A stretch of DNA of 58,146 nt, the filler included, from Deltaproteobacteria bacterium (GTDB taxonomy: Bacteria > CG2-30-53-67), in the NCBI GenBank assembly GCA_013151235.1. It is 4 parts of 4 records of this genome, joined end to end, with 100 filler letters (N's around TTAATTAATTAA, not from the genome) between each part and the next. Parts side by side here need not be neighbours in the genome. Positions count along the whole stretch, not along the records: positions 1 to 31,205 come from JAADIO010000067.1; 3 more parts are not named here. One strand, given 5' to 3'. This document shows, one piece after another, positions 1 to 10,776 of this stretch (positions within the stretch are counted from its first letter, which is position 1; each line of letters starts with the position of its first letter). The position numbers and the translations under genes are program-made. A model generated the notes under the pieces. The model saw only the letters and a program-made list of their open reading frames with translations. It ran no database searches and was not told where the DNA came from.

Positions 1-13
1 TGCATAAACCGGC

Positions 14-410
14 CTATAGTCCATCGAGCGGGCTCCGACGCCCTGCCCTCCTTTGTTCAATACATGAGTATAGATCATGGTTGTGCTTACATCTTTAGTG
101 TCCGAATGGTGTCGCCCTTCTTCCCCGGTTTTGGTGTTCTTCCATTGTTTTTCCTGCGGGAAAACCCATTGCCAGCGCCACTCTTTCGGAGCATTCGGAT
201 ATTTGCGATCCAAGGCACCGGGTATGGTGTGTGAGAAATGCGTTGATCTCCGGTTCGGCCATCTCTGCCGGGTGACGGACATTATGAAAATAGATGAAGC
301 TTGACCCAATGGCAATAGGTCTGTACCCTTCGGCGGCTGTAGTGGCGGACGCGCAGGACCTCCCGCATCCGGTCGAGGAGTTTCGCTTTCGGAGTCGTGG
401 ACGCTGCATG
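14..410 (-). pseudogene. intI: Integron integrase relic with two large internal deletions and frameshifts
   Basis: Minus strand, across frames, gives KLLDRMREVLRVRHYS...YCHWVK / FIYFHNVRHPAEMAEPEINAFLTH (N-terminal domain), then PGALDRKYPNAPKEWRWQWVFPQ...GEEGRHH (IntI-specific insertion), then [29 protein letters not shown] (catalytic Tyr and C-terminus). Confidence 0.9.
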
Positions 411-670
411 GCAAAAACGCTCAGGGTGGAGGCACAAACGATCGGAGGAAAAATAGTATCCGGCATTTTTGCACCTATTCTTTAGGATAAACATACGTGA
501 TACTATATTTTGGACTTTCTTCTGTCAAGGCTTTTCTGGAGGACTTCCGGCGGCAAGAATCAATCCAGGACAATTTTATTCAATATCACTGTCCGCTTAA
601 TCAGGGTAAAGTTTTTGATAGAGAGTCTATCGGCGGTCACTCAGAAAAGGGCTGGTACCGTGGGTCCCTT

Positions 671-703
671 CCGTTCCCCCTTCGACCCGCTCAGGGCGAA
701 CGG
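671..703. repeat. Solo internal module of repeat family A
   Basis: CCGTTC...CCCTTCGACCCGCTCAGGGCGAACGG matches modules inside the elements at 9641, 33774 and 56992. Confidence 0.7.
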
Positions 704-808
704 GGATCTGGTCCTGTATTTTGGTTGATGGGGTTTTCTCTGCGTTCTGCGCCTGGTGAATTCCGGCTTTCAGCAGCCGGCTTACTACAACGCAAGCACC
801 TGCGTTTC

Positions 809-850
809 GCCCCCTCAATCCCAACCTTCTCCCCCGAGGGAAAGAAGGGG
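809..850. repeat. CCCTCA-CCCAACCTTCTCCC hairpin repeat, copy 1
   Basis: Near-identical to 1677-1716 in the same orientation; CCTTCT...AGAAGG inverted arms. Confidence 0.7.
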
Positions 851-924
851 ATCTTTTGAATTTTCCCCCGTGACACCCCGTGTCCCCCGTGGTTCAATGC
901 TTTTCTTTTTTCATTTGTAACCGT

Positions 925-1578
925 TCATTTTTCCTCTACTCCCACCCGGTCGCAGTAGTCGTAGAGCCGGCAGGCCCCGCATTTCGGACCGATGGGGCGG
1001 CAGAGGTTCTGCCCGTAGGTGACGAGGAGGTCGTTGATGACCTTCCAGTGTTTCTTCGGGAGTTTCTCCCGGAGGGCGAACTCGGTCTTCTCCGGGGTCG
1101 CGGTCGAAACATACCCCCACCGGTTGGTGATCCGGTGAACGTGGGTGTCGACACAGATCCCGTACTTGCCGTAACCGATGGTGACAACGAGATTCGCCGT
1201 CTTCCTGCCCACGCCGGGGAGGGTCAGAAGCTCTTCGATCGTGTCGGGCACACGGGAAGCAAAGTCATCGATCAGCCGCTTGGAGATTGCCCGGATGTTC
1301 TTCGCCTTGACCCGGTAGAACCCGACGGGGTAGATCAGTTTCTCGATCTTTTTGACGGGGACCTTTGCCAGGGTCTCCGGCGTATTCGCCACGGCGAAGA
1401 GACGCTCGGACGCGGCGGCGGTCGTTCCGTCCTGGGTCCGAAGAGAAAGGACGCAGGAGATCAGGATCTGGAAGGGGTCCCGGGTCTTCTCGGCCACCAC
1501 CCCGACGATGGGGACCTTCCACTGCTTCACTTCCTTCTTCAGGATCCGGACAACAATGTCGATCTGTTGGTCATCCAT
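925..1578 (-). CDS. nth: Endonuclease III
   Basis: HhH motif LPGVGRKTAN, VDTHVHR, C-terminal FeS motif C-x6-C-x2-C-x5-C. Confidence 0.95.
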   Translation of the reverse strand: MDDQQIDIVVRILKKEVKQWKVPIVGVVAEKTRDPFQILISCVLSLRTQDGTTAAASERLFAVANTPETLAKVPVKKIEKLIYPVGFYRVKAKNIRAISKRLIDDFASRVPDTIEELLTLPGVGRKTANLVVTIGYGKYGICVDTHVHRITNRWGYVSTATPEKTEFALREKLPKKHWKVINDLLVTYGQNLCRPIGPKCGACRLYDYCDRVGVEEK

Positions 1579-1627
1579 TGTATTCTTGGTCTTCTTTCTT
1601 GATCATCGTAATCAGGAGGCAGAAATC

Positions 1628-1654
1628 GCCGTCCCGGGTAAACCGGGACGCTAC
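1628..1654 (-). repeat. GTAG-type REP-like palindrome
   Basis: Minus strand reads GTAG-CGTCCCGG-TTTAC-CCGGGACG. Confidence 0.5.
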
Positions 1655-1676
1655 TCATAAAACTTTCAGATCTTAC

Positions 1677-1716
1677 GCCCCCTCATCCCAACCTTCTCCC
1701 CCAAGGGGAGAAGGAG
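1677..1716. repeat. CCCTCA-CCCAACCTTCTCCC hairpin repeat, copy 2
   Basis: Matches 809-850; CCTTCTCCCC-CAA-GGGGAGAAGG stem. Confidence 0.7.
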
Positions 1717-1726
1717 AAATAACCGC

Positions 1727-2800
1727 TTAATACTTTTCAGGTTTGATTTTCTTCCCGATCTCCTCCATCAGGGCGTCGGCCAGTTCCTCTTCCCTGACCT
1801 TCCGGACAACCTTCCCCTTCCGGAAGACCAGCCCCACGCCCTTGCCTCCGGCGATCCCGAAGTCGGCCTCTCTTGCCTCGCCGGGGCCGTTGACGACACA
1901 CCCCATGACGGCGACTTCGAGCGGCTGTTTCATCTTTGTCAGACGCTCTTCCACCTCCCGGGCCAGTCCGATCAGGTCGATTTCGCAGCGTCCGCAGGTG
2001 GGGCAGGAGATCATGACCGGTCCCGCTTCCCGAAGCCCCAGGGACTTCAAGATCTCGATCCCGACCCGCACCTCCTGCACGGGATCGTCGGTCAGGGAGA
2101 CCCGGAGCGTATCCCCGATCCCGTCGGCAAGAAGAAGCCCCAACCCGACGGAGGACTTGACCGTACCGGAAAGGAAGGTCCCCGCCTCGGTGATCCCGAT
2201 ATGGAGGGGATAGTCGGTCTTGCCCGCGATCAGCCGGTAGGCCGCCACGGTCCGGGCGACGTCGTGGGCCTTGAGCGAGATCTTGATCCGCCGGAAATCG
2301 AGTTCCTCCAGGATCCGCACATGGCTCATGGCCGATTCGACCATCGCCTCCGGCGTGGGACCGCCGTACTTCTCCCACAGCTCCGGTTCGAGCGAACCGG
2401 CGTTGACGCCGATCCGGATCGGGATCTTCCGATCCTTCGCCGCCTCAACGACCGCTTCCACACGGTCCCGTTCCCCGATGTTCCCGGGGTTGATCCGGAG
2501 GCCGTCCACTCCGGCCTCGATCGCCATGAGTGCCAGACGGTGGTTGAAATGGATATCGGCAATGAGGGGAAGATCGGAGGCTTTTCTGATTTCGGACAAT
2601 GCCCGGCCCGCGGCTTCATCCGGGACGGCGACCCGGACGATATCGCATCCCGCATCGGCGAGCCGCTCGATCTGGGACACGGTGGCTTCCATGTCACGGG
2701 TGTCGGTGTTGCACATCGACTGGACCGATACGGGGGCCGCGCCGCCGACGGCGACGTTGCCAAGCTGCACGGTCCTGGTCTTTCTGCGTTCGATCTTCAT
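1727..2800 (-). CDS. ispG: HMBPP synthase (GcpE)
   Basis: [38 protein letters not shown]. Confidence 0.97.
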   Translation of the reverse strand: MKIERRKTRTVQLGNVAVGGAAPVSVQSMCNTDTRDMEATVSQIERLADAGCDIVRVAVPDEAAGRALSEIRKASDLPLIADIHFNHRLALMAIEAGVDGLRINPGNIGERDRVEAVVEAAKDRKIPIRIGVNAGSLEPELWEKYGGPTPEAMVESAMSHVRILEELDFRRIKISLKAHDVARTVAAYRLIAGKTDYPLHIGITEAGTFLSGTVKSSVGLGLLLADGIGDTLRVSLTDDPVQEVRVGIEILKSLGLREAGPVMISCPTCGRCEIDLIGLAREVEERLTKMKQPLEVAVMGCVVNGPGEAREADFGIAGGKGVGLVFRKGKVVRKVREEELADALMEEIGKKIKPEKY

Positions 2801-2828
2801 AACGACTCCGGGAGCAGACCTGATCGGA

Positions 2829-4454
2829 TCACTTGAAGACCCGCATGAGGTCGTTGTAGAAGGCGAAGATCATGAGGGAGATCAGGAGGAAGAGACCGAC
2901 CTGCTGGGCGATCTCACGTTTCTGCATGCTCAGGGGCCGTCCCAGCAACCCTTCGATAGCGAAAAAGAGGATATGCCCGCCGTCGAGGATCGGGATGGGA
3001 AAAAGATTGAGGATCCCCAGGTTGATACTGATCAGCGCCAGGAATTTGAGCAGCTCGAGCAGGCCGTATTGAATCTGCTGTCCCGCAAGCTGAGCGATCA
3101 GGATCGGACCGCCGATGGTGTCGGCGGGGATGACATGCTGAATCAGTTTGACCAGGCTCACGAGGATCAACTTCGTAATGTCCCAGGTCATTTGAAGCCC
3201 CTTGTAGAAGGCTTTGAAGGGGTTGTACCGCACGGAAATTGTCGGGCCGGGTTCCGGACGATAGGCGCTCAGGATTCCGATCTTTCCACGGATGACCTTC
3301 TTGCCCACGGGGTCTTTGGTTTCATAGGCTTCCGGCACCACCGGCAGGGTCAGGGTCTTTCCATCTCGAATCAGCCGTACGGAGAGGGAAACACCCGGAC
3401 TCTTTCCGATGATCTCCTGGAGATCGGCAAAGTCGTTCAGGACCTTTCCACCGATGGCAACAATCCGGTCCCCGGCCTTGATCCCCGCCTTCTCCGCCGG
3501 AGAGTCTTTCACGACTTCCTGTACGAAGAGTTCAGCGGAAGAAATTCCCAGCACCGCCAATGTCCGATCCGAATCGGCCTGCACTGCCTGCAATTCCCTC
3601 GGCGTAAACGACAAGGTCAATTCCTGCGGCTTGTCCTCCCGTTTGACTGTCAGATGGATCTTCGCCGCGCGGTTCCGCAGAAGCGCCGTTTCCAGTTCCG
3701 GAAAAGTATGCACCGCTTCGCTGTTGACCGTCACGATACGGTCGCCCGTCGAAAGCCCGGCACGACCGGCGGGAGAGGCCGGATCCGAGACCCCTGCAAC
3801 AGGCGCCAGGGTCGGATGGGAAATCCCGATGACAGAACGTTCTTCACTCTCTCCGAAGATGTTCTTCCGATCCCGCATCATCGGCCGGACCGTGATATCA
3901 AACTTCTTCCCCTTCCGGTCAAGGGTCAGGTTCAGGGGTGACCCGTCACTCTTCCGGATCCGGTCCGTCAACTCCTCCCACAACCGGACGGGCTCCCCGT
4001 TGACGGCCTCCACATGGTCCCCTCCCCGGATCCCGGCCTCCCAGGCCGGGGATCCCTTTTCCACCCGTCCGATGGTGCTGTCTTCCGAGGGATAGCCGGC
4101 CATGAACATCCCCATGAAAATGATCAGGGCAAATAAAATATTGAAAAAGGGACCGGCGGCAACGATCAGGAACCGGGAGAAGAGCGGCTGATTGTTGAAG
4201 GAACGGGCCTCATCCTCCGGCGATAAAGGTTCGTTTGGATCTTCGCCAACCATTTTGACATAGCCGCCTAGGGGAATGGCGGAAAGGCAGTACTCCGTCT
4301 CACCGATTTTCTTCCCAACCAACCTGGGTCCGAAGCCGAGAGAAAATTTCTCGACCCCTACCCGGAACCCCTTGGCCACCAGGAAGTGCCCCAACTCATG
4401 GACGAAGATGAGAATGCCCAGAACAACGATAAAAGCTACAAAACCGGATAACAT
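2829..4454 (-). CDS. rseP: RIP metalloprotease RseP with multiple PDZ domains
   Basis: [24 protein letters not shown]; position after dxr. Confidence 0.95.
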   Translation of the reverse strand: MLSGFVAFIVVLGILIFVHELGHFLVAKGFRVGVEKFSLGFGPRLVGKKIGETEYCLSAIPLGGYVKMVGEDPNEPLSPEDEARSFNNQPLFSRFLIVAAGPFFNILFALIIFMGMFMAGYPSEDSTIGRVEKGSPAWEAGIRGGDHVEAVNGEPVRLWEELTDRIRKSDGSPLNLTLDRKGKKFDITVRPMMRDRKNIFGESEERSVIGISHPTLAPVAGVSDPASPAGRAGLSTGDRIVTVNSEAVHTFPELETALLRNRAAKIHLTVKREDKPQELTLSFTPRELQAVQADSDRTLAVLGISSAELFVQEVVKDSPAEKAGIKAGDRIVAIGGKVLNDFADLQEIIGKSPGVSLSVRLIRDGKTLTLPVVPEAYETKDPVGKKVIRGKIGILSAYRPEPGPTISVRYNPFKAFYKGLQMTWDITKLILVSLVKLIQHVIPADTIGGPILIAQLAGQQIQYGLLELLKFLALISINLGILNLFPIPILDGGHILFFAIEGLLGRPLSMQKREIAQQVGLFLLISLMIFAFYNDLMRVFK

Positions 4455-4538
4455 AACGAATTATAAACCTCTTGAAGGGTTGGAGACGATACTGCAAGAT
4501 GTAGATGTAAAGCATACGGTAACATACTGAAGTGTAAA

Positions 4539-5708
4539 TCACAAACGGCTGATCTCTTCCCGTGTCTTCTTCCGCGTCGCAAGGTCGGTCCGGAGGATCT
4601 CTTCGGCGGTTTCATAATCCCGGTGTTCGCTCTTTTCCATCACCGACCGGATCAGGCGGGGAATCCGGAGGAAGTCGATCCGGCCCTGCAGGAAAGCGTT
4701 CACGGCCACCTCGTTGGCTGCATTCAAAACCGCCGGCATCACTCCGCCCTGCCGCAAGGCATCCTCCGCCAGAGAAAGGGCGGGGAAACGTTCACGATCG
4801 GGCGGCTCAAAGGTGAGCGGTCCCTGCTCGATCACGTTTAAAAACTCCACTCCGCTTTCCAGCCGTTCGGGATACCCGAGGGCATAGGCAATAGGGACCC
4901 GCATGTCGGGCAGACCCATCTGGGCCAGAACCGACCCGTCGTGAAATTCTACCATGGAGTGAACGATACTTTCGGGATGGACGACGATATCGATCCGTTC
5001 GACGGGCATATCAAAGAGCCATCGGGCCTCGATCACTTCCAGCCCTTTGTTCATCAGGGTTGCGGAGTCGATGGAAATCTTCCGCCCCATTTCCCACCGG
5101 GGGTGCCGCAAGGCATCCTTCGCCCGGACCCGTTCCATCTCCCCGCGGGTCATCCGCCGAAACGGCCCGCCCGATGCGGTCAGGATGAGGCGCCGGACCT
5201 TTGCGGTCTCCTCCCCGGACAGACATTGATAGATGGCACTGTGCTCACTATCGACGGGAAGAATCCGGGCGCCGGACTTCTTTGCTTCCTCCATGACCAG
5301 GCGCCCGGCCATGACGAGGGTTTCCTTGTTCGCAAGGGCGACTCTTTTACCTACCCTGACTGCGGCGAGGGTCGGCACCAGCCCGGCTGCACCGACGATG
5401 GCCGAGACGACGATGTCGGCTTCCGGGAGTGTGGCGGCCTGAATCAGGCCCTCCACACCCAAGGCAATCTCGGGAGCAGATCCCTTCAGAGAGGAGATCA
5501 GTCGATCCCTCTCCTCACCGTCGGCCACCACGACCCGTTGTGGAACGCAGGCCGCTACCTGGTCCGCAAGAAGATCCATGTTCCGATAGGCCGTCAGGGC
5601 GATGACTTCAAATCGGTCGGGGTGACGGGCAATCACATCGAGGGTGTTAACCCCGATCGATCCGGTAGAGCCTAAAACAACAACCTTCTGTTTCCGTAAT
5701 GCCGACAT
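4539..5708 (-). CDS. dxr: 1-deoxy-D-xylulose 5-phosphate reductoisomerase
   Basis: LGSTGSIG, LANKETLV, PVDSEHSA, MNKGLEVIEA. Confidence 0.97.
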   Translation of the reverse strand: MSALRKQKVVVLGSTGSIGVNTLDVIARHPDRFEVIALTAYRNMDLLADQVAACVPQRVVVADGEERDRLISSLKGSAPEIALGVEGLIQAATLPEADIVVSAIVGAAGLVPTLAAVRVGKRVALANKETLVMAGRLVMEEAKKSGARILPVDSEHSAIYQCLSGEETAKVRRLILTASGGPFRRMTRGEMERVRAKDALRHPRWEMGRKISIDSATLMNKGLEVIEARWLFDMPVERIDIVVHPESIVHSMVEFHDGSVLAQMGLPDMRVPIAYALGYPERLESGVEFLNVIEQGPLTFEPPDRERFPALSLAEDALRQGGVMPAVLNAANEVAVNAFLQGRIDFLRIPRLIRSVMEKSEHRDYETAEEILRTDLATRKKTREEISRL

Positions 5709-5732
5709 GGGTCAGGACCTTTCCCTCAAGGA

Positions 5733-6536
5733 CTATCCGATCCCGGACTGGAGAAAATAGTAGAGTGCCGGCGCCGCAAAAAGGATACTGTCAAAACGGT
5801 CCAGTACCCCGCCGTGGCCGGGGAAGAGAACACCGGAATCCTTGATGCCGGAAGAACGTTTCAGAATCGACTCCGCCAGATCGCCGACCTGGCCGATCAG
5901 GCCGAGTCCGGCGCCCAAAAGGGCCGGCGCCACTAACCCCTCCACGGGAAGGGAGAAGACAAGCTTCCCCACCCCACCGGCAATGAGGGAGCAGAGCAAC
6001 CCTCCGGCCGATCCTTCGAGGGTCTTCTTGGGGCTGACCTTTGGGAAGAGTTTCCGTTTCCCGTAGCGGGTCCCGATATAGTAGGCGCCGGTATCGCCGG
6101 CCCAAACCGTCAGAAAGAGGAAGAAGACCCACGTCCGCCCGGAGGGAACCCCCCGCAGCAGGAGGAGATAACCGAAGAGATAGGGAACATAATAAAGGCC
6201 GAAACAGGTCACACTGATTTCCCGAACGGCCTGTCCCACGTCCCGTCCCGAAAAGGTCCGAAAGACCATGGCCAGGAGAATGAACAGGACCAGGATGCCG
6301 GAAACCAGAGCGCCGTCGCCGGCATAAAACCCGGCAAGGAGCAAAGCCCCCATGAGAAGACCCAGGAATTTCTGGAGGTGGAACCCCTCCGATTCCTGGA
6401 GGTGGTAAAATTCGTTCTGTCCGATGAGAGCGGTAACCAGAAGGGCAAGAAAAAAAATAAACGGCTCGCTGTAGAAGATCAGCAGCGCAAGAATCGGGAG
6501 ACCGACCAGCGCCGTAAATACCCGTTTCGGAGGCAT
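5733..6536 (-). CDS. cdsA: Phosphatidate cytidylyltransferase
   Basis: SPKKTLEG, KDSGVLFPGHGGVLDRFDS. Confidence 0.95.
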   Translation of the reverse strand: MPPKRVFTALVGLPILALLIFYSEPFIFFLALLVTALIGQNEFYHLQESEGFHLQKFLGLLMGALLLAGFYAGDGALVSGILVLFILLAMVFRTFSGRDVGQAVREISVTCFGLYYVPYLFGYLLLLRGVPSGRTWVFFLFLTVWAGDTGAYYIGTRYGKRKLFPKVSPKKTLEGSAGGLLCSLIAGGVGKLVFSLPVEGLVAPALLGAGLGLIGQVGDLAESILKRSSGIKDSGVLFPGHGGVLDRFDSILFAAPALYYFLQSGIG

Positions 6537-6537
6537 C

Positions 6538-7362
6538 TTACTCCCCTTCTTTGACCTGTTCGCCGGTCATCCCGTACCGTCGTTCCCGTGTCCGGTAATC
6601 GAGTAGTGCTTCGAGAAACGCCTTTCGTTTAAAATCAGGCCAGAGGATGGGCGTAAAATAGAGTTCCGTATAGACCGACTGCCAGGTCAGAAAATTGCTG
6701 ATCCGCTGCTCTCCGCTGGTTCGGATGATCAGGTCCGGGTCGGGACAGTCCCTCGTATACATCCGGCTGCTCAGGACCGCTTCATCGATCTCCGACGGTC
6801 GAATCCGCCCGTCGGCCACGTCCTGAGCCAGGGACCGCACCGCGTCGAGGATTTCAGCCCGTCCGCCATAGCTTAAGGCAAGATTCAGGGTCATGACCTG
6901 ATTCGCCGACGTCTCCCGCTCGGCCCAATGAAGAAGTTCCTGAATATTCTCCGGCAGGTCGTGAATCCTGCCGATGGCCTGAAAACGGATTCCATTCTCC
7001 TGCATCACCCGCACTTTTCTTTTGATATATTCCTTGAGGATCCCCATGAGCGCCCGCACCTCGGTCCGGGGCCGCTGCCAGTTTTCCACGGAAAAGGCAT
7101 AGAGCGTGAGAACCCGGACACCGGTTTCCCGGGCACAGGCGACCACTTCGTCGACGGAACGAACCCCTTCCTTATGCCCCATGATGCGGGGAATGGAACG
7201 TGCCCCGGCCCATCGGCCATTGCCGTCCATGATGATGGCGACATGGTAGGGAAGAGCGGCAGGATCAATCTGCCGAAAGAGTTCCGGATAGAGTTTTGCC
7301 GTTTCGTTGCATTCTTCCGCAGGAGGCAGGTTTTTGTTCATCGGGCTGGTTGTATCCGTCAT
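6538..7362 (-). CDS. uppS: Undecaprenyl diphosphate synthase
   Basis: HVAIIMDGNGRW, AFSVENW, IRTSGEQRISNF. Confidence 0.96.
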   Translation of the reverse strand: MTDTTSPMNKNLPPAEECNETAKLYPELFRQIDPAALPYHVAIIMDGNGRWAGARSIPRIMGHKEGVRSVDEVVACARETGVRVLTLYAFSVENWQRPRTEVRALMGILKEYIKRKVRVMQENGIRFQAIGRIHDLPENIQELLHWAERETSANQVMTLNLALSYGGRAEILDAVRSLAQDVADGRIRPSEIDEAVLSSRMYTRDCPDPDLIIRTSGEQRISNFLTWQSVYTELYFTPILWPDFKRKAFLEALLDYRTRERRYGMTGEQVKEGE

Positions 7363-7392
7363 GGGATGACATCATTTTGCAAGGGGACCTTC

Positions 7393-7950
7393 TCAGACCG
7401 TCATGACATCCTCTTCCTTGGTCTGGAGGACCTGATCCGCTTTCTTGACAAACCGGTCGGTCAGTTTCTGAATCTCATCCAGGATCTTATGGAGGGCATC
7501 CTCGGTAATCTCTTTCTCTTTTTCCATCTTCTTGAGCTTGTCATTCGCCTCTTTCCTGGCATGCCGGACCGCCACCCGGCAGTCTTCGGCCATATTCCGG
7601 ATTACCTTGACAATCTCCCGACGGCGCTCTTCCGTTAATTCCGGAATGGTAATCCGAATCACCTTCCCGTCGTTGGATGGGGTCAACCCCATGTCGGACG
7701 AAAGAATGGCCTTCTCGATCGACTTCAACGCAGACGCATCCCAGGGCTGAATAACAATCGTCCGGCTCTCCGGGACGGAGAGAGTCGCCATCTGGTTCAG
7801 ACGGGTCGCCGTCCCGTAGTAGTCGACCAGGATATGGTCCAGAATCCCCGTTGATGCGCGTCCCGTCCGAATCCGGGCATATTCTTTTCTCAAGGCTTCG
7901 ATCGCCTTCTCCATTTGTGCCTCGGTCTGTGATTTCAATTCCGCAATCAT
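7393..7950 (-). CDS. frr: Ribosome recycling factor
   Basis: [19 protein letters not shown]; synteny. Confidence 0.97.
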   Translation of the reverse strand: MIAELKSQTEAQMEKAIEALRKEYARIRTGRASTGILDHILVDYYGTATRLNQMATLSVPESRTIVIQPWDASALKSIEKAILSSDMGLTPSNDGKVIRITIPELTEERRREIVKVIRNMAEDCRVAVRHARKEANDKLKKMEKEKEITEDALHKILDEIQKLTDRFVKKADQVLQTKEEDVMTV

Positions 7951-8672
7951 GAGTCCCCTCCCTGTACCAGGGTCCCGATCCGCTCACCGGTCAGGACCTT
8001 GTGGATGTTCCCTTCTTTCATCATATTAAAAACGATGATCGGAAGGTTATTGTCCATACATAAAGAGATCGCCGTGGCATCCATCACTTTCAGACGTTTC
8101 TGCAGGACATCGATGTAGGTCACCTCCGGCAGAAACTCCGCATGATCATCCTTCATCGGATCCGCCGTATAAACACCATCCACCTTGGTCGCCTTCATGA
8201 TGACATCGGCATTGATTTCCATGGCCCGGAGAGCCGCCGCCGTATCGGTGGTAAAGAAAGGATTGCCCGTTCCGCCGCCAAAGATCACCACACGCCCTTT
8301 TTCCAGGTGACGGGCCGCCCGCCGCCGGATGTAGGGCTCGGCCAGTTCCTTCATCTCCAGAGCCGAGAGAACCCGCGTATCGACCCCCACATGCTCCAGA
8401 ACATTCTGAAGGGCCAGGGCATTAAGCATAGTCGCCAACATCCCCATATAATCCCCCGTGGCCCGGTCCATCCCCTGGGCCACACCCGAGATCCCCCGGA
8501 AGATATTCCCGCCGCCGATCACCAGCGCAATCTCGACATGAAGCGACGTAATCTTCTTGACTTCCTCGGCAATGGTCTTCAGGGTCCCGGGATCGATCCC
8601 GTAGGCCTGTTGCCCCATCAGGGCCTCCCCGCTCAGTTTGAGCAGGACCCTCTTGTATTTCAGTTCAGCCAT
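7947..8672 (-). CDS. pyrH: UMP kinase
   Basis: [27 protein letters not shown]. Confidence 0.98.
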   Translation of the reverse strand: MAELKYKRVLLKLSGEALMGQQAYGIDPGTLKTIAEEVKKITSLHVEIALVIGGGNIFRGISGVAQGMDRATGDYMGMLATMLNALALQNVLEHVGVDTRVLSALEMKELAEPYIRRRAARHLEKGRVVIFGGGTGNPFFTTDTAAALRAMEINADVIMKATKVDGVYTADPMKDDHAEFLPEVTYIDVLQKRLKVMDATAISLCMDNNLPIIVFNMMKEGNIHKVLTGERIGTLVQGGDS

Positions 8673-8687
8673 GAAGTCCGTTTCCTG

Positions 8688-9620
8688 TCATTCACCCTGC
8701 AACTGTGCCTGGATCTCCGCGGCAAAGTTTTCCTGTTTCTTCTCGATTCCCTCGCCCAATTCGTAGCGGACGAAGCGCCGGATCTCAAATCCTTCACCAA
8801 TTTTCTTTTGGCTCTCTTCCATCAGTTTGGAGATTTTGATATCGCCATCCTTGACGAAGGCCTGCTCCAGCAGGCAGATTTCCCCAAAATACTTCTCGAT
8901 CCGTCCGGAGACGATCTTCTCGATAATTTTTTCCGGTTTTCCCGATTCTACGGCCTGCTCCCGGTAAACCGTCTTCTCCCGTTCCAGCAGATCGGCCGCC
9001 ACATCCTTGCGGCCCAGATAGAGGGGACGGGCCGCGGCGATGTGCATGGTCAGGTCTTTGAGCCGTTCCTGAAACTCCTCTTTTCCCGCCATTTCCGCCG
9101 TCGGGCAGGCGACCTCCAACAGAACTCCGATCTTGCCCCCCATATGGATATAGGAGGCAACCCGGACCCCTTCGCCGGAATAACGGGTAAAACGACGAAC
9201 GGCCATGTTCTCCCCGATCGTGGCAATCCGCTCTTTCAAGTTCTCATCCACGCTGCGGCCGTCTTCCATCTTTTCCGCGAGAAGGGCCGCAAGGTCGGCC
9301 GGGGCCGAATCAAGAATCACCTGCGCCACCTGGTTGCAAAAACTTTGGAACTCCTGATTCTTCGCTACAAAATCGGTCTCGGAGTTGACTTCCAGAAGAC
9401 AGCCGGCGGAGCCGTCGTCCGTTAACGCAGCAACCACCAGACCTTCCGAGGCGACGCGTCCGGCTTTTTTGGCCGCTGCGGAAAGTCCTTTCTTCCGCAG
9501 AAAATCGATAGCCGCCTCCAGATCTCCATTCGTTTCCGCCAGGGCCTTTTTGCAATCCATGATACCGGCCCCGGTCCGGGTTCGCAATTCTTTCACCTGT
9601 CCAGCTGAAATGCCGCTCAT
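8688..9620 (-). CDS. tsf: Elongation factor Ts
   Basis: VKELRTRTGAGIMDCKKAL, EVNSETDFVAKN. Confidence 0.98.
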   Translation of the reverse strand: MSGISAGQVKELRTRTGAGIMDCKKALAETNGDLEAAIDFLRKKGLSAAAKKAGRVASEGLVVAALTDDGSAGCLLEVNSETDFVAKNQEFQSFCNQVAQVILDSAPADLAALLAEKMEDGRSVDENLKERIATIGENMAVRRFTRYSGEGVRVASYIHMGGKIGVLLEVACPTAEMAGKEEFQERLKDLTMHIAAARPLYLGRKDVAADLLEREKTVYREQAVESGKPEKIIEKIVSGRIEKYFGEICLLEQAFVKDGDIKISKLMEESQKKIGEGFEIRRFVRYELGEGIEKKQENFAAEIQAQLQGE

Positions 9621-9640
9621 ACTTCTCTCTCCTTATTATG

Positions 9641-9816
9641 ATGGTGTCGTAAAAAGTCACGAAGCCCTTCGACCCTTCGACCAGCTCAGGACAGGCCCTT
9701 CGGCATACTCAGGAGAGCCGTGCTCAGGGCGAACGGTGTAAGTGATTGATATTCCGTTCGTGGTGAGCTTGTCGAACCATGAACGGAATCCGGAAAACGA
9801 CTTTTTACGACATTAT
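9641..9816. mobile_element. MITE/REPIN-like element, family A, copy 1
   Basis: Terminal inverted repeats GTCGTAAAAAGTC (9646-9658) and GACTTTTTACGAC (9799-9811); internal CTCAGGGCGAACGG and GTCGAACCATGAACGG modules. Confidence 0.8.
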
Positions 9817-9823
9817 GCATCGT

Positions 9824-9853
9824 AAAAGCCTCAACAAGAGTCTCCTGTTGAGG
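9824..9853 (-). terminator. Hairpin with short U tract after rpsB
   Basis: Minus strand CCTCAACAGGAG-A-CTCTTGTTGAGG-CTTTT. Confidence 0.5.
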
Positions 9854-9864
9854 ATCGTATCGGA

Positions 9865-10674
9865 TTATTCCGGGGCCGGTTCACTCGCCGCTGGAGCCGG
9901 TTCGCTTGCCGCGGGGGCCGCCGCCGTTTCCGGACTTGCGGGGGAGACCTCGCCGGCTGCCGCCATCATCTCGGCTTCCACCTCGGGCATCCGCTGCTCC
10001 TTCGCCTCGCAGACGGCATTGGCAATCTTGGCCGCGACCAGCCGGATGGAACGAATCGCATCGTCATTTCCGGGGATGATATAATCGATTTCATCGGGAT
10101 CACAATTGCTGTCCACAATGGCGATGATCGGAATCCCCATGATCCGGGCCTCATGGACCGCAATTCGCTCCCGCTTGGGATCGACGATAAAGAGGGCGCC
10201 GGGCAGCCCCTGCATATCCTTGATTCCGCCGAGGTACTTCTCTAACTTAATCCGTTCTTTCTCGAACTTCAGCACCTCTTTCTTGTGGAAGCTTTCATAG
10301 GTGCCGTCCTCCTTCATTTTTTCATAACGTTTCAATTTGGCGATACTGTTTTTGATCGTATTGTAGTTGGTCAGGGTCCCGCCGAGCCAGCGCTGATTCA
10401 TGTAGAACATACCGCACCGTTTGGCCTCATCGGCAATCGACTCCTGCCCCTGCTTCTTGGTCCCCACAAAAAGGATTGACTTGCCGTCGGCGACGATCTT
10501 CTTGACGATATTGTGGATCTGCTTGATATTCCGAAGGGTTTTCTGGAGATCCAGGATGTAGATCCCGTTCCGCTCACCAAAGATAAATTTCCGCATCTTC
10601 GGGTTCCAGCGATTGGTCTGATGGCCGAAATGAACTCCGGCTTCCAGCAATTCTTTCATGGTAACGATCGGCAT
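9865..10674 (-). CDS. rpsB: 30S ribosomal protein S2
   Basis: [22 protein letters not shown]; low-complexity tail with PAASEPA repeated. Confidence 0.98.
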   Translation of the reverse strand: MPIVTMKELLEAGVHFGHQTNRWNPKMRKFIFGERNGIYILDLQKTLRNIKQIHNIVKKIVADGKSILFVGTKKQGQESIADEAKRCGMFYMNQRWLGGTLTNYNTIKNSIAKLKRYEKMKEDGTYESFHKKEVLKFEKERIKLEKYLGGIKDMQGLPGALFIVDPKRERIAVHEARIMGIPIIAIVDSNCDPDEIDYIIPGNDDAIRSIRLVAAKIANAVCEAKEQRMPEVEAEMMAAAGEVSPASPETAAAPAASEPAPAASEPAPE

Positions 10675-10689
10675 ACGTGGTTCCTCCTA

Positions 10690-10776
10690 TGGATTAGGTT
10701 TGACCTCCATACCCTTCCACTCCCTCCGGGAACACCGCTTCGGTGCACCACCCGTCAGGATCGGGGTATGTGTGGG
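10690..10776 (-). promoter_or_regulatory. rpsB (S2) autoregulatory leader
   Basis: CACACATACCC...GGTGCACCGAAGCGGTG...GGGTATGGAGG..AAACC directly upstream of rpsB, resembling proteobacterial S2 leaders. Confidence 0.6.

Noticed and set aside
2271-3941. Long antisense ORFs (for example 2271-3941, 8142-9425, 21357-22781, 33970-35457)
   Set aside because: They are shadow frames of conserved GC-rich genes with no recognisable motifs.
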